Assembly (NCBI RefSeq): GCF_028368995.1
Contig: NZ_JAQNDL010000002.1
Span: forward strand, 1,632,001-1,696,000
Reading direction: 5' to 3'
DNA: 64,000 bases
DNA from: Nannocystis bainbridge
GTDB lineage: Bacteria > Myxococcota_A > Polyangia > Nannocystales > Nannocystaceae
Below are positions 55,088-64,000 of this stretch, piece after piece (the stretch's first letter is position 1; every line of letters starts with the position of its first letter). The translations under genes and the position numbers were made by a program. The notes under the pieces were generated by a model that saw nothing but the letters and a program-made list of their open reading frames with translations, was not told the origin of the DNA and searched no databases.

Positions 55088-56801
55088 TGATCGACTCGAG
55101 CACGGTCGGATCGAGCGCGCCGATCGCCACCGGCAAGGGGCTGATGCCGACGCCCTGGGCCCGCAGCCAGGCCGCGAGCTCGGCCGCGGTCACGACCCGC
55201 GCGTCGCCCCACGGCGGCTCGCCCGGAGCGTCCCCCATGCAGAACACCAGGCAACCGCTCGCCTGAGTCCGCTCGGCGTCGCCCGCCCACGCCGACGCGT
55301 CGATCCCCGCGCGCCGCGGCAGGATCAGCGCCAGCAACTTCGGGCTCGCCTCGTCCTCGTCGGACTCCGAGTCCGCGTCACCCTCGACGTCGCTGATCAC
55401 GAGCTTGGCGATCCCGCGGGACGGCGGCAGCGTCGCCAGCACCGGGTAGCCCTCGCGGGTCAGCCAGATGCGTGCGACCGCCTCGAGCCCGCGCGGCCCA
55501 AGTGTCTGCAACCACTGTACGAACGCGTTGGTGATCTCGGTGTTGAGGGCCGCGATCGCGGCGTGCAGCGCCTGCTCCGCGGCGGTCACGGCCGGCGGCA
55601 CGCGGGTCGCGTGGAGCTGGTAGCGCGCGTCGCCGCGGGCGATGAACCGCGAAGCGCGACCGCCGTGACGGATGTCGAGCAGGATGGCCGCCGTCACGGC
55701 GCGCTCGATCTCCGAGATCTCGCCGCCGAGCACGCCCATGCCCGCGAGGGTCTCGGCGATCTGGCGGATGTGCAGCGAGCGCGGCCCGGCGTCGGTCATC
55801 ACCTGCGCCACCTGCTGCAGCAGCGTCTCCGAGGCCTCGTCGCGGACCGAGCGGATCTCGGCCGAACCGCCCTCGTTGCGGCGGCCGCGACGGCGACGCC
55901 GGCGACGCCGGCGACCCGGACGGTCGTCGTCGTCGTTGACCGCTTGCGGCTGCGCCTGCGGCGGCTGCGGTCGCGACGGCGGCGGGCCGAGCGGACCGGG
56001 TCGGCGCAGGCTGCGGTGCTCGACCGCCGGCCCGCTCGGAGCCGGAGGCGGCGGCGGCGGCGGCGGACGCTGCATGGTCTCGAGCTCCGTGCGCAGCTCG
56101 GGCCGCTCCTCGGCCAGCCGCGACATCGCGTTCGCCATCACCACGGCGACGTCGGTCACGCCGTCGAGGCCCGCGCCCTTGGGCGCCTCGAACTCGAGGT
56201 TGGGCGTCACCCGCGGGATCACCTCGGTGCGCTTGCCGTTGTCGAGCCCGCGGCGGCTCGGCTTGACCGCCACCGTTTGCGGCGCCGGAGCCTCGCCGCG
56301 GACCCCGAACCGATCCCGGCGACGGCGACGGCGACGGCCGCCGCCTTCCTCGCTCGTGCCCTCTTCGCCCTCGCTCGGCTCGCCCTCTTCACGCGGGTCG
56401 CCGGTCAGCATCGAATTCGCTTCAACTTTTGGCGGCAAGGCTTCGGCATCGTTGGACTTCTTGGTGCTAGGCGGGACCGTCTCGAAGGGCAGCTCGAGGG
56501 TCGGCGCCGGAGCCGGCGGAGGTGCCGGGGCTGGGGGGGGCGGCGGCGGCGGCGGCTCGGGGACGGCCGCGGGCGGCGGCACGGCTCCGGGGCGGAGCTG
56601 GAAGAACCCCGGCTTGCTGCGGACCAGCAGCGCGCTCTCTCCCCGCACGGCCGCGTTCAGGCTCGCCTGCATCGCCGCGACCGGATCCCGGCCCACGTGC
56701 GAGAGCAGGTTGCGATCGACGGCTCGCTTCACGATCTCGGAGAAATGCAGGGGGTCGGACTCGAGGCGGAGGACTTCGATCGCAGCTTCAAGGAAGGTCA
56801 T
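55071..56801 (-). CDS. Two HARE-HTH-like winged helices plus degenerate Mrr-like C-terminal domain
   Basis: MTFLEAAIEVLR...PLHFSEI...GRDP, second SLHIRQIAE...RF...YQL, then LQTLGPRGLEAVARIWLTREGY. Confidence 0.7.
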   Translation of the reverse strand: MTFLEAAIEVLRLESDPLHFSEIVKRAVDRNLLSHVGRDPVAAMQASLNAAVRGESALLVRSKPGFFQLRPGAVPPPAAVPEPPPPPPPPAPAPPPAPAPTLELPFETVPPSTKKSNDAEALPPKVEANSMLTGDPREEGEPSEGEEGTSEEGGGRRRRRRRDRFGVRGEAPAPQTVAVKPSRRGLDNGKRTEVIPRVTPNLEFEAPKGAGLDGVTDVAVVMANAMSRLAEERPELRTELETMQRPPPPPPPPAPSGPAVEHRSLRRPGPLGPPPSRPQPPQAQPQAVNDDDDRPGRRRRRRRRRGRRNEGGSAEIRSVRDEASETLLQQVAQVMTDAGPRSLHIRQIAETLAGMGVLGGEISEIERAVTAAILLDIRHGGRASRFIARGDARYQLHATRVPPAVTAAEQALHAAIAALNTEITNAFVQWLQTLGPRGLEAVARIWLTREGYPVLATLPPSRGIAKLVISDVEGDADSESDEDEASPKLLALILPRRAGIDASAWAGDAERTQASGCLVFCMGDAPGEPPWGDARVVTAAELAAWLRAQGVGISPLPVAIGALDPTVLESISGLDT

Positions 56802-56891
56802 GTGTACGACTGCGGCGCGCCGGTCGACGGCGACGGAGAGTTGTGCAGAAAATTTGCGTGCCGAGGTCGGACTCTGCTAGCCGCGGACGAC

Positions 56892-57884
56892 ATGCGTGCG
56901 CACAACGTCGGCGTCCTGATCTCGACCGCCACCGCTCGATCGGTGGGCGCGGACAATGATAGCCAAATCGACCGCGAAAGTGGCAGCGATCTTGCGGAAG
57001 CGCTGGGCGGGCTCGGCCTCGTGCCCGTCTCGCTGACCGCCGACGACGCGCTCGACGTCACCCTGCGGCGGACCCGCCTGCGCGCCTGCTTGCTCGCCAC
57101 CCACGGCCTCGCCGGCGGGCTCGGCCGGATCCAGGCCCTCCTCGAGCTGCGCAAGATCCCGTTCGTCGGCCCCTCGGCGCAGGTCGCCGGGCTCGCCTAC
57201 GACAAGCTGCGCGCGCGCCAGATCTTGGCCTACCACAGCCTCCCGGTCCCGACGACGCTGGCCCTCGGCGGCGCCGAGCCGCCGAGCCGCCACGACATCG
57301 GCATGCTCGGCTGGCCGTGCGTGCTCAAGCCCCGCCGCGGCAGCCACGCAGCCGGGGTCCGCCTGCTCGCCGACGCCGACGCGATCGCCGACGCCAGCGC
57401 GGCCGCGCGGGACGATGCCGGGGAGTTCCTGCTCGAGCGGGCCGTGATCGGCCGCGAAGTCCAGGTCGTGCTGCTGCACGGCAAGGTCCTGGGGACCATG
57501 GAGGTCGTGCGCGAGGCCGGCGATCTGGCGCAGATCCGCGCCATGACTTGCCCCCCGGGCCTCACCCGCAGTCAGCTCAAGGGCATCGGCAACCTCGCCG
57601 AGCACGCCACCCGCGCGCTCGGCCTGGTCCGCGGGGCCGCGCGCGTCGACATCCTGGTCCACCCCCGCCACAACGAGGTCATCCTCGAGGCCGAGCCCTG
57701 CCCCGACCTGCGCCGCTCCGGCGTGGTCGCCCGGGTCGCCCACGCCGCGGGCCTGCGCTACGAGGCGCTCGTCCAGGAGCTCCTGCGCGGGCTGGTCGAC
57801 CTGCCCGAGCGCGTCACCCCGGAGCCCACCGTCCGCCGCGCCCCCGCGCCGATGGTCGAGGCGCCGACCGTGCCGCTGCAGTGA
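56892..57884 (+). CDS. Divergent D-alanine-D-alanine ligase-like ATP-grasp protein
   Basis: THG...GRIQALLEL...PFVGP...YDKL...PCVLKP...ERAVIGREV...ARVD...ILE. Confidence 0.75.
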   Translation: MRAHNVGVLISTATARSVGADNDSQIDRESGSDLAEALGGLGLVPVSLTADDALDVTLRRTRLRACLLATHGLAGGLGRIQALLELRKIPFVGPSAQVAGLAYDKLRARQILAYHSLPVPTTLALGGAEPPSRHDIGMLGWPCVLKPRRGSHAAGVRLLADADAIADASAAARDDAGEFLLERAVIGREVQVVLLHGKVLGTMEVVREAGDLAQIRAMTCPPGLTRSQLKGIGNLAEHATRALGLVRGAARVDILVHPRHNEVILEAEPCPDLRRSGVVARVAHAAGLRYEALVQELLRGLVDLPERVTPEPTVRRAPAPMVEAPTVPLQ

Positions 57885-57962
57885 GCTGTCCCCGGGGACC
57901 TGCTCTCCGGGACCTGTCCCTTCAGACCTGTCACAACGGACCTGCCCCCGAAGACCTGTCCC
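57885..57962 (+). repeat. 14-bp-phased array with polar CCTG junctions
   Basis: GCTG 57885, then CCTG at 57899, 57913, 57927, 57941, 57955. Confidence 0.92.
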
Positions 57963-58357
57963 TCAGGTCCGGCGGCAGGTCCGAGTGCTTTTCGCTCCTC
58001 GCGCAGGCGAGACGACCTGCCAGCTTCGCCAAGCAGCCCGGCATGCGCGCCAGTGGGGTCCTGAGGGCGCAGCGGCTCGTCGCTCGTCCTTCCGCCTGGC
58101 TCCCGTCGGGTAACGAGCCAGGCTCGCTCTCATCGCCGCACTTCGTCGGCTGTGTGGGCCACGACGGTCGGGCTCCTGGAAACGTCCGCCACCGCAGTGA
58201 CTCTCGTGCACCGACGACCGCACACGATGCGCCCGGCCAGCCCGCCGAGCTGCGACGCCGACGTGGTGAACGGATCGTCGGCGAAGTTTGGGCGGACCAG
58301 GCGTTCGCCCCTCGACGGCTCGCTGCGGGGCCACTGCCGACGCACGCACGCGGACCC

Positions 58358-58399
58358 AAAGAGAAAGACCGCGGCGAGTCACCTCGCGCGCGGTCTCTC
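58358..58399 (-). terminator. Probable atp operon terminator
   Basis: Minus strand AGACCGCG...CGCGGTCT stem followed by TTCTCTTT, just after the atpC stop. Confidence 0.65.
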
Positions 58400-58416
58400 G
58401 CGGCCTCGTGGGCCCT

Positions 58417-58836
58417 TCAGGGCTGGGTCGCGCGGATCTGGGCCTCGAGCCAACCTTGCTCGGTGACCAACTTGCGGTGCTCGGCCGCGTCGATCGAGCC
58501 GAGCTCGTGCGACAGCTCGGCCGAGACCCGCTTGAGGTCCTCGCGCGCCTTGTTGGCGTCGATCTCGGACACCTCGAGCGCGCGCTCGACGAGGATGACC
58601 ACCCGGTTGTCGCGGGTGACCTCGAGGAAGCCGGCGCCGACGGCGATCCGGACCGACTCGCCGCCGTCACGGAAGCGGACCACGCCCGGGACGACCGGCG
58701 TGATGAACGGAACGTGCTCGGGCAGGACGCCGAGCTCGCCGAGGAGGCCGGGGACTTCGACCCCGGGCACCACCACGCCGTGGCGCTTGGGGCCCAGCGG
58801 CGTGAGGATGTCGAGCTGGATGGTGGTGTCGGCCAT
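58417..58836 (-). CDS. atpC: ATP synthase F1 epsilon
   Basis: LDILTP...PGLLGELGVLPEH...GFLEV, and operon position. Confidence 0.93.
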   Translation of the reverse strand: MADTTIQLDILTPLGPKRHGVVVPGVEVPGLLGELGVLPEHVPFITPVVPGVVRFRDGGESVRIAVGAGFLEVTRDNRVVILVERALEVSEIDANKAREDLKRVSAELSHELGSIDAAEHRKLVTEQGWLEAQIRATQP

Positions 58837-58853
58837 GACGGTGGACTCCCGGC

Positions 58854-60566
<1,713 letters not shown>

Positions 60567-61493
60567 CTAGCCCTTGAGGGCCTCGGCGCCGCCGATGATC
60601 TCCAGGAGTTCCTTGGTGATCGCGGCCTGGCGCTCGCGGTTGTAGAACAGCGTCAGCTCGCGGATGAGCTGGGTCGCGTTGTCGGACGCCGAGTCCATCG
60701 CGGTGCGACGGGCGGCGATCTCGCCGGCGACCGAGTTGAAGAACGCCTGCTGCAGCCGCGACTCGACGGCGATCGGCAGCAGGTGCCCGAGCAGCGCGTC
60801 GCGCCCCGGCTCGAGCACCGGCAACACGCGCTCGTCGTTCACGACTTCGCGCGACTCGAACGGCAGCAGCTGCTCGATCTTCGGCAGCTGCGTCAGCACG
60901 TTCTTGAAGTAGTTGTAGGCGAAGTACACCTTGTCGACCTGCGGCAGGTCGGTGTCGCCGCCTTCCTTGCCGCCGGTGAACATCGCCATGACCTCGGCCG
61001 CGACCATCTTGGCCTTGACCACCAGGTCGGCCAGCGTCGGCGCGTCGTGGTGACGGACGAGCTTCTGTCCGCTGTGCTGGAAGAACCCGCGGCCCTTCTT
61101 GCCCACCGTCAGCAGCACGACGTCGTTGCCGGCCTCGCGCTCCTTGCGGATGAAGGTGCCCACGGCGCGGTTGAGGTTGGCGTTGAAGCCGCCCGCGAGG
61201 CCGCGATCGGCGGTGATGTGCACGATCACCACGCGACCGTTGCCGCTGCGCTTGAGCAGCAGCGGGTGCGCTGCGCCGGCCTCGCCGGCCTCGCCCTCGC
61301 CCTCGCCGCCGCCGAGGCTGGCGACCAGCGAGCCGACCACCTGGTCGAGACGCTCGCCGTACGGCCGCGCCCCCATCGCCGCCTGCTGCGCCTTGATCAG
61401 GCGCGCCGCGGCGATTCGGCTCATCGCCGAGGTGATCTTGCGCGTGTTCTTGACCGACGTGATCCGGCTTCGGATCTCCTTCAGGTTGGCCAT
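60567..61493 (-). CDS. atpG: ATP synthase F1 gamma
   Basis: MANLKEIRSRI...KITSAM, RQAAITKELLEI. Confidence 0.97.
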   Translation of the reverse strand: MANLKEIRSRITSVKNTRKITSAMSRIAAARLIKAQQAAMGARPYGERLDQVVGSLVASLGGGEGEGEAGEAGAAHPLLLKRSGNGRVVIVHITADRGLAGGFNANLNRAVGTFIRKEREAGNDVVLLTVGKKGRGFFQHSGQKLVRHHDAPTLADLVVKAKMVAAEVMAMFTGGKEGGDTDLPQVDKVYFAYNYFKNVLTQLPKIEQLLPFESREVVNDERVLPVLEPGRDALLGHLLPIAVESRLQQAFFNSVAGEIAARRTAMDSASDNATQLIRELTLFYNRERQAAITKELLEIIGGAEALKG

Positions 61494-61494
61494 G

Positions 61495-63033
<1,539 letters not shown>

Positions 63034-63116
63034 GGTGCGCTCGCGCGGTCCGCCCTGGGCGGCAGGACCTGAAGTTGGGATCGATGGGGTGACGTGGACG
63101 CGGGAGAAGCCGGAGG

Positions 63117-63668
63117 CTAGCCGCGGAGGGAGGAACGGAGGTTGCCGAGCTGGGTCTTCAGGCTGCCGTCGTAGACGACGCTGCCGACCTGGGTGACGAC
63201 GCCGCCGATGAGCTCGGGGTCGACGGCGGACTCGAGGAGGATGGTCTTGCCGGTGGCGCGCTCGAGCGCGGCCTTGATCTTGTTGACCGCGTCAGCAGGA
63301 AGCGGCCGCGCCGAGGTCAGCTTGGCGTGCACGCGCCCGGACAGCGCGTCCGACATCTCGGCGTACTGCCGGGCCATCTGCGACACGCCGGTGATGCGGC
63401 CGCGGTCGAACACGAACAGCAGGAACTTGCCGACGATCGCGTCGAGCGACATCCGCTCGAGCACCTTCTGCAGCACCGCGCGGCGCTCGGGCACCAGGAA
63501 CGCGCCCGACTCGAGCACCGACAGCAGCGAGGGCTTGCCGGGCTCGCTGGCCGTGGCGACGCGGACGAAGCTGGCGATGTCGCGGCCGAAGATCTCGCGC
63601 TGGATCGGCGTGTCCGCGAGCTGGAGGAGCGCGCGGGCGTAACGACGGGCAAGGCTGCCGGGGATCAT
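63117..63668 (-). CDS. atpH: ATP synthase F1 delta
   Basis: ARRYARAL...VDPELIGG...DGSLK. Confidence 0.95.
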   Translation of the reverse strand: MIPGSLARRYARALLQLADTPIQREIFGRDIASFVRVATASEPGKPSLLSVLESGAFLVPERRAVLQKVLERMSLDAIVGKFLLFVFDRGRITGVSQMARQYAEMSDALSGRVHAKLTSARPLPADAVNKIKAALERATGKTILLESAVDPELIGGVVTQVGSVVYDGSLKTQLGNLRSSLRG

Positions 63669-63726
63669 GAGAGCTCGTCCTGGAGGGGTTTCGGTGTCGG
63701 GGCCCGTAGGCCGAGAAAAGTGCGGC

Positions 63727-64000
63727 TCAGGCAGCCGGGCGGCCGTTCACGACCTCGACCGCGTAGTCGTCGACCAGGCGGGACTGATCCGCGTCGGTGA
63801 AGCGGGCGCGCAGGATCTCCTCGGCCCGGGTGATCGCGCGGTCGAGGACTTCGTTCTCGACCGCCTGCTTGCGCACCGCGACCTCGCGCTGCGCCGCCGA
63901 CAGCGCCTGCGCCTTGAAGCGTTCGACCTCGGCGCGCGCCTCGGTCATCAGCCGCTGGCGGTCGCTCTCGGCGCCGACGCGGGCCTGCTCGAGGATCTCG
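63727..64000 (-). CDS. atpF: ATP synthase Fo b subunit (5'-truncated by window edge)
   Basis: Charged coiled-coil ending DQSRLVDDY, immediately upstream of atpH. Confidence 0.8.
   Translation of the reverse strand, partial: EILEQARVGAESDRQRLMTEARAEVERFKAQALSAAQREVAVRKQAVENEVLDRAITRAEEILRARFTDADQSRLVDDYAVEVVNGRPAA

Noticed and set aside
57963-58357. Possible ncRNA between the Ddl-like gene and atpC
   Set aside because: Only generic GC-rich hairpins; no recognisable tRNA, tmRNA, SRP, 6S or riboswitch features by eye.

Overview
64 kb of very GC-rich bacterial chromosome. Gene content and style point to a myxobacterium, probably Nannocystis-like (inference): WD40, HEAT and choice-of-anchor-L lipoproteins, ECF cassettes and an MshEN protein. 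About 50 CDSs are supportable. They include housekeeping genes (gluQ, iscS-mnmA-rnc, HMG-CoA lyase, yfgM-bamB-like, lipB, atpF-H-A-G-D-C), two peptidases, a PAS kinase/regulator pair, an ABC-2 exporter, two ECF sigma factors, and a DUF692 (MNIO)-DUF2063 fusion next to a Cys-rich lipoprotein precursor. I saw no rRNA, tRNA, transposase or CRISPR. The strongest unexplained signal is a degenerate 14-bp palindrome, TGTCC-N4-GGACA. It occurs singly and in head-to-tail arrays, so CATG/CCTG/CAGG junctions recur at exactly 14-bp spacing, at more than 50 places counted by eye. It fills intergenic gaps, forms in-frame inserts in proteins, and is written into conserved genes through rare A/T-ending codons. 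All motif counts are manual. Family assignments come from recognised sequence motifs, not database searches.
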